Below, piece after piece: positions 26,656 to 38,709 of a DNA stretch of 64,000 nucleotides. Made by a program: the position numbers and the translations under genes. The notes under the pieces were generated by a model. The model saw nothing but the letters and a program-made list of their open reading frames with translations, made no database searches and was not told the origin of the DNA. Within the stretch, counting starts at the first letter, position 1. Each line of letters starts with the position of its first letter. Origin of the DNA: Macrostomum lignano (Eukaryota); NCBI GenBank assembly GCA_002269645.1, contig NIVC01000093.1, positions 186,001 to 250,000 on the forward strand. Direction: 5' to 3'.

Positions 26656-27986
26656 GTAGGTTGAACTTTGAACTTTTCTCATATAAATTTTTGTCTACAA
26701 AATCCTTTAAGCCAGGATTGGTCAGTCAAGCATTAAATATTTTTATTATTACGGCGCATCCTGTTTTCTTTACTTCACTTCATCGTGTCCAGAGAACCGG
26801 AAGGCAGCGCACAAAGGTCCAGAGAATTCTCTGGGACTCTGTCTGCCCGGCTGTCCGCGCTGTCACAATAATGGAAGATTCTCGTCAACTTAGGCCCATC
26901 GGCCTCCTCGCTTTTCCGTTTCTCACCCCGCCAGCCGCCGAGGGAGTGTCGGTCCGCTCAAAGCAAGGCAAATCTTCGTCTCTCGCTAGCCCCTAAAAAT
27001 CGTCTCGTTCTCAGCTTTGCAGCGTCTCTGATACGAGCAGAACGAGATAAACCCCTATTGAAATTGCAACGACTCGACAAGGACTCAACATTGGGCTGCG
27101 TCGTCCCTCGTCCTCCAGTTTCCGCATTGATCAATGAGCTCTATCCCCCTGCCCCATTCTCGTTGTAATCCGTCGGATTAGGCCTAGAGGGGATTTCAAA
27201 ATGCATACGACTGTTAAGCTTGGAAGGATTTTCCTCCCAATATCCCTAACTCAACCACGAGCCCTTGTCAGAGAGCCCCGGTCCAGTCAAACGAACTGAT
27301 CCGAAAGTGAAGCGGCTTGTTTGCCATTCCATTTCCGACTGGGAAATCCCGCGCGACACTCATCACCGCTGAGTAAAAGGCTTACCGCAGTGATGTAGTA
27401 GTAGTACTTACTGCTCAGCAAATAAAGTCCTGTTTGACAAGAGATTTCACCTCGAATAACCCAATATCTCTTCGCTCTTAACTATCTACCCTTGGTCTAT
27501 CGCTAGGATTTATCGAATTTTTTAAACGAGCTCATTTTTGGTTCATTTTCTAGGAATTAAGCTAGAAGTTTCTCTGGATTAGGGTGTTTTTGCCATCTTT
27601 GGCTTGCTTGTTTGCTTTAAAAAGCAAAAACGCTCCCGTACATGCGAGCACAACTGCACTCGTCAGTTCTGTCTCTTACCTCGCTAGTGCGCATTTGAAA
27701 GCGGAGACGTATAGTTCAATCACGCGCCCCATCAGCAGCCCCTAACAGATACAAGCGTAATATTTTCCATGACGATGATTACACTTAAGCTTTGCAATTA
27801 CGTTGTTAAGACAGGAGAATACTTTTGTACTTAATCTGGTAATTCCCTCCACCAACGAATAAACATGATGGACAAGAATAAGATAATCCTGCGCAGTCAT
27901 TCCAGCTAAACCCAACGCTTCAAAAATCAATGCAGCCATCGGCATTTCTGTCAAAATTCTTTCCATCTCGCCCCAATCAATGGCAG

Positions 27987-28186
27987 ATTAACAACCAACC
28001 AATTCTGCTGATCAGCTACCGGGTCTCGGATCGGACAGAGTCATATCACATTATCAATCGGAGATCGGCTGCCGCCACGTTTGATTTGCTGTTCAGCATT
28101 GCCTACAGCTCGACTGGCCTGCCTCTGACCGTGACTCCGAATCCGTTAGTTTGTCTCTATCGGTCTGTGAGATTCGACTACAGCAG
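27987..28186 (+). CDS. TENM: Teneurin exon: YD-shell segment
   Basis: INNQPILLISYRVSDRTESY...LLFSIAYSSTGLP, like teneurin VNG..LL...YD...TE....LL.I.YD..G.P; donor ag|gtgaga. Confidence 0.85.
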
Positions 28187-28429
28187 GTGAGACAATGGAG
28201 TCTCGCGTTGAGAGAATAAGGATAAGGGATGGAGAAAAATATCGAAGGAAAGAGATTTAATAAAAATAGAGAAGTAGGCAAGGATGGAGTGGATGGAGAG
28301 TGAGGAGACTCGAGAAACCTCAAAAGAGGAGTTGAGGGAATGTGGTGAGGAGGGAGAGAAGAGAAGAGAGGGGGGTTGGGAGGAGAGGGGAAGAGCAGAG
28401 GAGAAGCGAAGAGAGGGGGAGAAGTGAAA

Positions 28430-29290
28430 AGAAGGGAAGAGAGGGAAAGAGAAGGGGAGAGAGGGAGAGGGGAAAAGAGAAGGGGAGAGAGGGAGAGGGG
28501 AAAAGAGAAGGGGAGAGAGGGAGAGGGGAAAAGAGAAGGGGAGAGAGGGAGAGGGGAAAAGAGAAGGGGAGAGAGGGAGAGGGGAAAAGAGAAGGGGAGA
28601 GAGGGAGAGGGGAAAAGAGAAGGGGAAAGAGGGAGAGGGGAAAAGAGAAGGGGAGAGAGGGAGAGGGGAAAAGAGAAGGGGAGAGAGGGAGAGGGGAAAA
28701 GAGAAGGGGAGAGAGGGAGAGGGGAAAGAAGGGGAGAGAGGGAGAGGGGAAAAGAGAAGGGGAGAGAGGGAGAGGGGAAAAGAGAAGGGGAGAGAGGGAG
28801 AGGGGAAAAGAGAAGGGGAGAGAGGGAGAGGGGAAAGAAGGGGAGAGAGGGAGAGGGGAAAAGAGAAGGGGAGAGAGGGAGAGGGGAAAAGAGAAGGGGA
28901 GAGAGGGAGAGGGGAAAAGAGAAGGGGAGAGAGGGAGAGGGGAAAAGAGAAGGGGAGAGAGGGAGAGGGGAAAAGAGAAGGGGAGAGAGGGAGAGGGGAA
29001 AAGAGAAGGGGAGAGAGGGAGAGGGGAAAGAGAAGGGGAGAGAGGGAGAGGGGAAAGAAGGGGAGAGAGGGAGAGGGGAAAAGAGAAGGGGAGAGAGGGA
29101 GAGGGGAAAAGAGAAGGGGAGAGAGGGAGAGGGAAAAGAGAAGGGGAGAGAGGGAGAGGGAAAAGAGAAGGGGAGAGAGGGAGAGGGGAAAAGAGAAGGG
29201 GAGAGAGGGAGAGGGGAAAAGAGAAGGGGATAGAGGGAGAGGGGAAAAGAGAAGGGGAGAGGGGGAGAGGAGAAAAGAGAGGGAGGGGGG
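28430..29290. repeat. Intronic polypurine 28-bp minisatellite (AAAAGAGAAGGGGAGAGAGGGAGAGGGG)
   Basis: Period 28, almost purely A/G. Confidence 0.96.
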
Positions 29291-29558
29291 AGAGAGTGAT
29301 AGTGAGGAAGAGATTCAGAAGTAACGGAATGACATAAAAATTTTTGAAAGGCTGGAAATGAAGAGAACACTTTGCCATTGAGTACGGTAAAAATTCATAG
29401 ATTGAATACTAATATAGAATGATAAAAAAGTGTTTTAAATAAAATATGGAAGGCTGAGGGACATCAAATAATATTTTAACGCTTTATTTTCATTATTACG
29501 TTTTAAATATAAAAAACTTCAAACTATCACTCACTCTATTTATCAACCCTTCATTCAG

Positions 29559-29835
29559 CGACGGACAGCAACTGTCCGAGCTTGCTTGGTCCGACCGGCC
29601 TCGGACAGCGTCGGAGCAAACCGGACAGCGCGAGGCTCGACTTCTGTGGCGTTTCGACCAGCCTTCGTTGAGATCGAAAGCTTCACCGGGACGTCAGTTG
29701 GTGTTGGCGGCGCAGCAGCGCTACCCCAGGTCCGATGGCGGCGCCTCTGATGCTGAGGCTGGCGAAGAGGTTGCCGAGTATCGATTCGGCTATTCGGCTT
29801 CCGGCGGAAATGGCAACTGCACGGGGTCCAGCGCG
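29559..29835 (+). CDS. TENM: Teneurin exon: YD-shell segment (divergent)
   Basis: tcattcag acceptor (phase 2), gcg|gtgagt donor (phase 0), open frame DGQQLSELAWSD...EYRFGYS. Phase-compatible with both neighbours; sequence similarity is weak. Confidence 0.72.
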
Positions 29836-30059
29836 GTGAGTTGTCTGCTCATATTGTTGGCTATAGATCTAAAAAATGTCTCAGTGACTCTAGAACACGT
29901 AGATCATTGAACCAGTAAGATCGATAGACTAGATCTACTCTTGACCTCTACTCTTGACCTTCTAGGCTTGAAACTCTTTCACATCGAAGTCAAATGAGCC
30001 TTTAAAGCAACAAAAAGATGACTAGTTTCTTCATAGCAGACTCGCGATATGCAAATAAT

Positions 30060-30370
30060 AATAACTAATTTATTATTGATTACACCTGCCCTAATGGGCA
30101 GATGTGCAACCGACAGCTCAGCCGCAGCTATTGCGCGGTGCATCTGAAGGCTGCGTACGGCTGTTCAGTCCAACGGCTGTGGGAGGGGGGTCGCCACACA
30201 TACCCTCAATTACCCCAGCTAATGCTGGCACCCATTTTACAGCTGGGTGAACTGAAGCAATGCAGAGTTAAGTGTCTTGCTCAAGGACACGAATTGTCTC
30301 AGTGAGATCAGGAATCGAAACCCCGACCTTCAAGTCGTGAGTCCGAGGCTCTAACCACTAGACTACAACC
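30060..30370 (+). mobile_element. CORE-SINE / L2-type 3' fragment
   Basis: cccattttacagctgggtgaactgaagc (MIR/CORE-like), then aagtgtcttgctcaaggacac...ggaatcgaaacc..gacc...gtgagtccgaggctctaaccact, typical of L2-mobilised SINE tails. Confidence 0.55.
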
Positions 30371-31183
30371 CCCTATAGACCCGCATATATTAGCGAAAAT
30401 ATCCCCACGAAATTTTAAACAGGATTTTATTCCTAACCCCTACTTCTTTGGCGCGTGGCACCCCAATTCAGTTCTCTTAATAAGGAACCGCTTCTCCGCT
30501 TTTTTCCCATCGACTGTGTTTTGAGTTGATTGGGTTTTGAAACCAAATACGAATGTCAATAGTAGCAGGAAGACTTAGAAATGCTCGATTGGAGGACACA
30601 AGAGTGAGAAAATTCCCTTGGGCTGGAAGGGTTGGATTGAAATCGCAGGTGTTTGCCTTGGTCATCCAGCTCATTTAATTCGTCCCTCTTCTCTACGGGT
30701 TTTCCAACCGCACAGAGAAGTAAAAAATATTCCGGAGTGTTGGAGTTAATGCATACCTTCAAGCGTGAGGGAATTTAATTGCTTTCAGGGCCATATAGGA
30801 AGGAACTTTCATTTCTTGGCCTTGCTCACAGTCATTTCTAGCAGGTCGCCACGGCCAGGCAAGTGGGGCGGAGGCCGGTGAAAATGAAGTTTGTGGGCGA
30901 AAATCACTTCTGGATGAGGAGAGGGCGAGAGAGCAGCCGGACTGAAGGACTTTGCCAGAAATTAATTTCCTTCCAGCACGCCAGACTCCCGTCGCCAAGC
31001 GGGTTATTCCGCTTCCCTCTTCTCTTCTTCATTATATAATTTTGAGCAGTGCATCAAGACGTCAATCAGACGTCAAGGCAGGATGCAGTATGAGTAGTTG
31101 CTCTATATAGTTCAATAGACCGACTGGCATTCTTCAAATTCAAACAAAATTTAATGCCCCTCTTTGGTTGTCCTCAATTACAG

Positions 31184-32683
31184 CCGAGCACGATCGACAA
31201 TCCGCTTGGAGGTCGATTTCACTTCGCATGCGACTCCAGCGGAGGCTTGATGTCGCTCGGCACACCAGACGGCCGGCTGCATCGATTCCTAGCGAATTGG
31301 GGCCTGGCCACCAACCGTATTCTGTATTGGCCCTGCAAAGACTGCGTCAATCCGTTTGTATTCAACTACGAATCTGGGGATTACCTGCAGTCGTTGCACT
31401 ATCCCAGCCAGCTGCGTCGTTTGAGTTTTGCGCTAACAGCTGATAGAAGAGTGCGCCGAGTCGTTTCTGACCAAGCCTACACCGAGATAGCTTACAGTAG
31501 CGACAACAGCCGACTGCCCAGCGCGTTGCGTACGGTCTATTTTGACGAGACAAATACAAATGTCAGTCAGAGATACGATTATACTGGCGGCTTGCTGAGA
31601 AAACAAGTGATAACGTTCGACTGCGCGGGTGACGATCAACTGGCCAAAGCTAGTTACGTCTACCGCTACGATACCGAGCTGAGGATCGCGGGCATTGAGA
31701 CTGTCATCACCAGTAGGGATAGACAGCCGGTGACCTCTCTAGCGAATGTCACACGCGATCCGATTGGCGGCGGTGTCACTTTGTTGAACGACCTCAGCAT
31801 GGAGAGACGTGTCTCTCATCATGAACACTCGGTGAGACTGCGGGACTCTCACTGCACTCGACGCTTTCAGTTTGACAGTCTGGCCAGGCTGACGGAGAGC
31901 ACGCTGCACTGCGGCTCGGACAGCCGGCGCGCTTTCGTACTCTCGGTGCACGGGCACAGTCGGGGCCGCCTCCAAGAGCAAGTATACCGCATCGGAGAGT
32001 CTGACGGCTTGTCCGTAGCCTATCAGACCAATAAGCTTGGTCTAGTTGTTCGCGCCACCGCAGCTTCAGTCGCTGTAGCCGGCTCTCCAGTAAGAACCAC
32101 CGCGGACGAAGCGCTGGAGTACACGCTCGGCGGTCGAATCCACTGGCGATCGATTCGCAGCAGCTCTGTTGGAGCTCTTGAGAGGTTGAACTACACCTAC
32201 GACAGTCGCACTGGCCTGCCGAAAAGCGTCGGATCTGTCCAATACTCATTTGACGCGGATGGTTTTCTAGCGATGCGTCGACACCGCCTAAGCGCTGGAA
32301 GTGTAGAGAATTTTCGTTACGACGCCAAAGGTTTGGTACGTCGCGCCGAGGCTATTGACTCAAGCGGCCGTCGTCTTTACAGTCTGAGGTACGTTTATGA
32401 CGCCCAGGAGCGCCTACTAGCCAGAATAGATCGACTTCATCCGCAAAAAAGCACGCAGTTTCTTTACGCCGACCCCGAATACCCTCGACGCGTGACGCAC
32501 ATTCTGCCCGGCGCTGGTCGGTTTGAGCAGTCGGTGCTCACTTGCCGCTACGAGGATCGCACCGGTCAGCTAGTTGCCGTGGAAACTGGGGAGCCGCAGA
32601 AAATCGAAAGGTTCTACGTCGTTAGCGACTATTTCAGTTCCCCATTGGCTTTGCTTAATCAACAAGGCGAACTAGAGACACAG
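31184..32683 (+). CDS. TENM: Teneurin exon: YD/Rhs repeats
   Basis: 1500-bp exon in ORF 31154-32797 with many YD dipeptides (QRYDY, YRYDTE, YTYDS, FRYDAKG, YVYDAQER) and YVVSDYFSSPLALLN; ends cag|gtaagc. Confidence 0.95.
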
Positions 32684-32774
32684 GTAAGCAGGGCTAATCT
32701 AGACCAGCTTTTTATTTTAATAAATTTTACGAACCAATATATTATACCTAAACAAACTAAATCGATTATTTTAG

Positions 32775-33953
32775 CTAAGCTACAGTGCCACAGGTGAGCG
32801 CTCAGTAATTTCAAAACGGCCAACCGCTCCTTCGCTACCGTTCGGCTATCGATTGGGCCTGCAAGATCCCGACGCTGGTCTGGTATGGCTTAGTGGCAGT
32901 CGCACCTATGATCCTTACCTTGGCCAGTGGACTGGTCCCGATCCATTGGGCCTGTTCACCAGACTTTCAGCTGCACTTCAGACGCCTGAGTCGATTGACG
33001 GCTACATTTTTGACCACTTGTCAACGACTGAAAACGGTCCTTTGGTGTCCAACTATGAGGAAGTTAGTCGACCGGAATATTGGCTTAAGGCCTTCAACAT
33101 CGACGCAAAGCGACTGTTAAGAGCCACCAACATCGTTTCTATGGGTATAGGCCGTGAAGCTGAAGAAGGTCTGTTGCCAAGGCTGCACCAGAGTCCGCTA
33201 TCACCGAAATCAGTATCCGTTGAGTCCATTTTTGAAGCTGGTTTTCGTCGTCGCCTCGACAGTTTCCAGCGCATCATTGGAGCGTTTGACTTTGTGCAAC
33301 CTTCTTCGGCACCGGTAGCTCCACCTTTGGCATCGGCTCCGGCGTTCATCTACCCGGGATTGCGTCCGACATTTTCAGTCGACGGTAAAATATCCCTGAC
33401 CGGTTGGGAGGACAACTCGTTGGCCTTGCCCGATCGGGTTCGTCAACTGGCCGCATTGGTTTTCAACGGGTCTCGACTGCTGCCTCAGCAAGCCGAAACC
33501 ATAGCCAACGGTCATCGTTGGTTGCGGCTCTATCGCGAGGCTACGCCAGCCACAGAGTCGGCCGTTCGAGATCTCGAACAGTCTATTGCGCCAGCTGGTG
33601 CTGCATCAATCAGCATTAAACGCGATGGCGACGACAGCTGTCTCGAGGTTCGCGTCGACTCCGGCCTGCTGTCAGCTTCTCTTCGCTGCAGCCGTTCGTC
33701 ATTCGAGACCGAGGCGAATCAGCTAGCGACTACCGGACTGCGAATGGTTGCCACGCGATTGATGCGAGCAGAGGCTGCTTCGATCACCGCTGACGGCTAC
33801 GCAGCGACTCGGTTCGACTGGAGCAGGGTGGCCCAGCAGGAGCTACGTCAGAACGGCATCGCAGCCGGTTATCGACCAGCTAATGCTGGAAAAAACCACG
33901 ACCAACTGCTCTGGGACGATCCAGGCAGCGTGTACTTTGTACCGACTGCGTAG
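32775..33953 (+). CDS. TENM: Teneurin last exon: Rhs-core motif, ABD and Tox-GHH-like C-terminus
   Basis: ttttag|LSYSATGE...FGYRLGLQDPDAGLVWLSGSRTYDPYLGQWTGPDPLG...WSRVAQQELRQNG..AGY...DDPGSVYF, stop TAG at 33951-33953. The 13 exons join into one frame of about 2,310 codons. Confidence 0.95.
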   Translation, partial: LSYSATGERSVISKRPTAPSLPFGYRLGLQDPDAGLVWLSGSRTYDPYLGQWTGPDPLGLFTRLSAALQTPESIDGYIFDHLSTTENGPLVSNYEEVSRPEYWLKAFNIDAKRLLRATNIVSMGIGREAEEGLLPRLHQSPLSPKSVSVESIFEAGFRRRLDSFQRIIGAFDFVQPSSAPVAPPLASAPAFIYPGLRPTFSVDGKISLTGWEDNSLALPDRVRQLAALVFNGSRLLPQQAETIANGHRWLRLYREATPATESAVRDLEQSIAPAGAASISIKRDGDDSCLEVRVDSGLLSASLRCSRSSFETEANQLATTGLRMVATRLMRAEAASITADGYAATRFDWSRVAQQELRQNGIAAGYRPANAGKNHDQLLWDDPGSVYFVPTA

Positions 33954-35678
33954 TCTAGAGATGGCCTTCGTGTGGTACGAAGCACATTTCTTGAATCTGG
34001 TTGGCAAAAAACTTAATGATTGAAGCAAATGCCGCATGTAGCAGAAGACGACGCAATCTCTTTTGACTTTGTGTACGAGCGTACTTTAGCAATGCTCTTG
34101 TGTATTTTAAACGAGCACCAGCTGTCTTTCTTGTAAAGCACTCAAAAATCGTTTCTCTGGACCTGTTGTCAAGGTCTATTTAAAAAAAATGACAACCAAA
34201 CTGAGTCACACCATCGACTAGCTACGAGCTTGACGTACAGTTTATATTATTCTACTATGCATGATCCTGTCGTTTATATACTGCTAAAACATTTTTCTTC
34301 AGAACAAATCTGTCACCAATTAGACTGTGTCATCTAAGACAGCAGGTTTGCCTGTGAATTTACAGAGCTTCATTATTAAGGCTTTAATAGCTTTCAGTTT
34401 TTTGCATTATCCTTTGTACATGTACTCGTATATGCGACGCTGCAATTCAATCACAGTTACGCGCTTGTCTGCCGTGGTAGATAGCAAAAAATAAGCCGTT
34501 TATAATTATAATTAAGCCGTTTCAAATTAATCTGAGTCGATCATTGCGAACGTTTTTTTATCTTGCACTATCGATAAACCTATTATTGTCTCCTTTTGTC
34601 TGGTAAACTTTTTCTCAGACACATCATTTGTTTAATCTCATCTCATCCGCGATGTGTCAGCGACTGCGAGTTGTAAGTGATTAAATGTGCTTACTCTTTT
34701 ATTAAAAAAATGAAAACAGATTGCAATACAATAATAATACAATCTTACTTGCGCGACATACTACTTAATAAAATCGGTAGTAAAAGGCGCTTTTTTGCTA
34801 AAATATAAAAATATTTTCGTTTTGAAATTAATTATTTCAAGTAACCATTTATTGGAACAATCTGTTGAGTAGCTTTCTGAAATGGTTTTTCCTTAGTTGA
34901 CTACACTTAAATAAAGTAAATCTTGCCAAAATTCTGTTTCTATTCTTCAGTCAGGGCGTACTGCGATTTTCGTTTCGGCAGAAGCCTAGCCAGTGTCAGA
35001 GTCAATATTTTAGCCTCTTAATTGCGTTTCACACAATTGCTTGTATAGCTGTGCTTGTGACGTTTTTAGTTTGTCATGCTTTGCAGCGTGCGATTCTTCT
35101 GGCAAGAGCCACAATCAAGAGACATTAATCAGTAAATTACCCCCTATTATGCATTGCAACACGAACATACACTTGTATTAGCTCGGGTGCAGGTGGTTCA
35201 CCGGAAGCGCGCTGCAATTAAGACATTTTCTCCAACAGATTGTTTCTGTTTTATACAATTTTGAAATATACTGTGTTAGCTTCATGTAGTGTTCGTCAGA
35301 AAGTATCTGAAACAAAAAACAATGACGAAAAGCCAGTGCTTGCTAACAAAGGCAAGTTGCGAAAGGGTCCAGAAGCTCTGCCTAGGTGGTCGCCGAAGTC
35401 AGAGATGATTGAGACACATTTGGTCGATGTGCTGATGAAATTTGGAGGCTTGGCAAGGCTGCACTGAGGCGTAGTGCTTAATACACTGGCGCTAATAGGA
35501 AAAATCCGACTTTCTGCCAGAATCGTTGAATATCTCGAAGATCTGGAGAGCTGAAGTCTTGATTTGAGAAGGTGCAAAACAAAAATTCTGCGTGTCCATG
35601 GTTTGGTTCGTTTCGGCGTCGCAAAACAATTTGTCATAAAAAATTGACTGGATTGGTATTGCTTTTGTCAGCCTAACT

Positions 35679-36137
35679 GAGAATAAAGCCACCCAAAATG
35701 AGAATCCTGCCTACGCTGACTGCGAAGGGCCTGGCTGCGTGCAGCCTTAGTCTATGGGCCATAGACAATAAAGGACAAGCAAAGTGATAAAAAGCCATCC
35801 AATGTGAGAATCGATTGGTCTATGCGTCGTATTCTTTTATTTTTATACCTTCTGAGCCATATGACTAGCCAATAACTTGAACGGAATAACGGAAACAGGA
35901 ACACACTGGATGATGTCTTTTTCAAACTTTGCTTGTCCTTTATAGTCTATGGCTCATAGACTAGGCTGGACGCAGCTAGGCCCTTCGTATTCAGCGTAGG
36001 CAGGATTCTCACATTGGATGGCTTTTTATCACTTTGCTTATCCTTTATAGTCTATGGCCCATAGACTAAGGCTGCACGCAGCTAGGCCCTTCGCAGTCAG
36101 CGTAGGCAGGATTCTCACTTTGGATGGCTTTATTCTC
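35679..36137. mobile_element. Non-autonomous TIR element (MITE-like), about 135-bp inverted arms, 4-bp TSD AACT
   Basis: Left arm GAGAATAAAGCC...GTGAGAATC is the reverse complement of the right arm, with few mismatches. AACT is at 35675-35678 and 36138-36141. An extra tandem sub-repeat lies in the right half. Confidence 0.8.
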
Positions 36138-37354
36138 AACTCCTACTGTCGAATGCCGCAGAAAGAAATGCCAATCAACTTGTAATTCGTTGTGAAAAAC
36201 AGTTTGAGCAATAAAAACAAAAGCATGTTTACGCGCTTAACTTTGACGGAAATTCAGGCTGTGACATTTATTGTCACTAAGCCCAGTTGCACAATAGCAT
36301 CACGCTTCAACATCTTTACCAGTAAAAATATGAGCTACGATAAAAATCAACGAGTTCTAATCTCCAGGAGTTAAACTTCCGTTCATGCTCGCAAAGCATG
36401 GCACTGATGGACAATTTTTTGAGAGTTCAAAATTTCAAGGAAGCAAGTAACGATACGAGCGTAATTGTTATCTTAAATTATGTCTCATGCGCCATGGACA
36501 GATTTGCATAAGTGTAAAAACTAAGGAATCCCCAGAAGAATTTTCACCCAACTGCAAAGTGCACCCAACTGTAAATGTAGATGCGCTGTACGACTGCCGG
36601 ACGACAGGATAACGAGTACAGGTAACAAAAACAAAAATAATTTGTATCATGCATCGATGGTACATTAAACGGTAAGTTTAGTTAGTTTATATTAACATTT
36701 TATGTTGTTATATGCATATTTTACATGCTATTGCCTCGTACATGCAATCTGATAACGGCTTACATAGGCATACACTGTGCCTCTTAAAAATAAACGTTTA
36801 CTTTATTCGGGAAGAGGTCAAGAAGGTTAGTACAACTAAAAATTTTTGACGTAAGTTGGTATCCCACTGCTTTCTTGATAAGAATGCTACATATTCAAAA
36901 GCTTTTGCGAAAAGTGTGAAGGCTGTGAAAATGAGAGCAATAACAAACGATGTTGATGTGAAAGCTCAACGTGCCGATCTAGAAAGCTTAGAGCACAATA
37001 GTTGCTCCGAGTAGAATTAGAGATTGCGCTCTGGTTTTTGCACTGCAGTGCTTTTGTTCTGTAGCACGCTAGTCAGTATACGAACTCGTACAGTAACAAA
37101 TAAGCTGGCTAAGTGGAACATTCTAGAATTTTCCGTCCAATAGAAGAGGTTCAACGGGGTGAGAGCTTAATTTAGCCGCGTTTTGAAATCGGAAAACGTT
37201 GCGTAAACAAGAGCCTATAATTATTCGGACTTGGTTATCACCATCTGACTCAGCTAAAAATACGCATAAATACGAGAGGTTCTCGGCATTTTTCTATAAC
37301 AACCAGTCAGACTGGGACTACTTCTCACTACACAAATAAGTAGAGACACAAAAA

Positions 37355-38068
37355 ATGGCTGCGCTAATGAACGCTCTTCTGTGGCTTGTGTCTTCAATTT
37401 ACTTTGTCAGCGTGGTGACCGCCGTAAGCAGCAGCTGCGAGTCCAGATGCCCCGTCTACGTCAGAGCGCCGCCACCAGTCTGTGGCGACGGCAAGGAGTA
37501 CATGGACGAGTGTCGGGCCAAGTGCGCCGGAGCCAATGTCATAACCAAAGGCCCCTGTCCGACTATTAATCCGGCTTGTACCTGCTTGGCAGTCTACGAC
37601 CCGGTGTGCGGCGACGGCAAGGACTACGGCAACGAGTGCTTGGCTCGGTGCGCCGGCGCCAAAAAGATCGTCAAAGGAGCGTGCCCGACGAAAGCACCAC
37701 CGTGCATCTGTCCGCTTTACTACAAGCCAGTGTGCGGCGATGGCAAGACCTATTCAAACATATGCTTCGCCCGCTGTGCCGGAGCCAAGCGCATTTCTGA
37801 TGGGCCGTGCAAGTGCCCGTGTCCCAGGATCTACAAGCCTGTGTGCGGCAGCGACGGTGTCACCTATGCCAACAGGTGCTTGGCTCGCTGTTCTGGTGTC
37901 AAGCGAGCTACTCGAGGCCCCTGCTGCCCACCTTGCGCTGTTCGTTGCGCTGACATCTACGACCCAGTGTGCGCTGACGGAGTGACCTACAGGAATCGCT
38001 GCTCGACCATCTGTCTATGCCCGCAGCCCAAGTCCATTGTACCGGGAGAGTGCAGAAAGGGTCGCTAA
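37355..38068 (+). CDS. Secreted multi-Kazal serine protease inhibitor, 5 domains (Kazal gene 1), intronless
   Basis: Hydrophobic N-terminal signal; repeated C-x-C-P-x-I/Y-Y-x-P-V-C-G-(S)-D-G-x-x-Y-x-N-x-C-x-A-R-C-x-G, the non-classical LDTI-like Kazal pattern. Confidence 0.93.
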   Translation: MAALMNALLWLVSSIYFVSVVTAVSSSCESRCPVYVRAPPPVCGDGKEYMDECRAKCAGANVITKGPCPTINPACTCLAVYDPVCGDGKDYGNECLARCAGAKKIVKGACPTKAPPCICPLYYKPVCGDGKTYSNICFARCAGAKRISDGPCKCPCPRIYKPVCGSDGVTYANRCLARCSGVKRATRGPCCPPCAVRCADIYDPVCADGVTYRNRCSTICLCPQPKSIVPGECRKGR

Positions 38069-38709
38069 CGGAAAAAAATCTGATTGCGTACTTTTTTACC
38101 TATACCTCTGACTAGATCGTAAATATTCAGACAACATCGAACTTGCGTATTGTATTGTGCATCATTTTTATAACAAATATGACCATTATTCACTTAATAG
38201 CGAATATGGCACGAGTTCGATCCTGCAAAAAGACAATACACTGCAATAACGCTTTAAAAGTAGCTCATCCTACGCTCGTAATTTTTAAGAGACAGCTGCA
38301 CTGGCGCACTTAAAACTGTAAATTTGTCTCATAAGGAGGTAAACCAGCGAGAGAGAGGAAATAAGTATGATATTCGGTTAGCTCCTAAAAATCTCCTAAA
38401 AGCTACAGTTGTTACTCGTCTTGTCGGTATCACTCAATATTTTAATTGAACTCCAAATCTTCGCTCTAGCGACTGCAGGTGTTAATATTATGCATTAAAC
38501 AGGCGGGGAAGTAATCGGGTTAAAAGAATTAAAGATTAAAAAAGACAGCTGTAAAGAACGCATGATTGATTTTTGATACAGCTGTCACAACCCCTCTTCT
38601 GGGCATAAAACAAGCACTCACTGCGTAGAATTTTATTCCAATCTAAACGTTCGAATCATCAGCTCAGTTTAATTTAAAAGCGGTAAAGCAAAATAGCGCA
38701 AGCATTAAA

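Noticed and set aside
28093-29378. ORFs of 285-425 aa over the 28-bp purine repeat
   Set aside because: Intronic simple repeat open in multiple frames.
31154-33953. Bacterial Rhs/YD toxin gene or contamination
   Set aside because: It is joined in frame through canonical GT-AG introns to EGF and NHL exons, which is the teneurin architecture.
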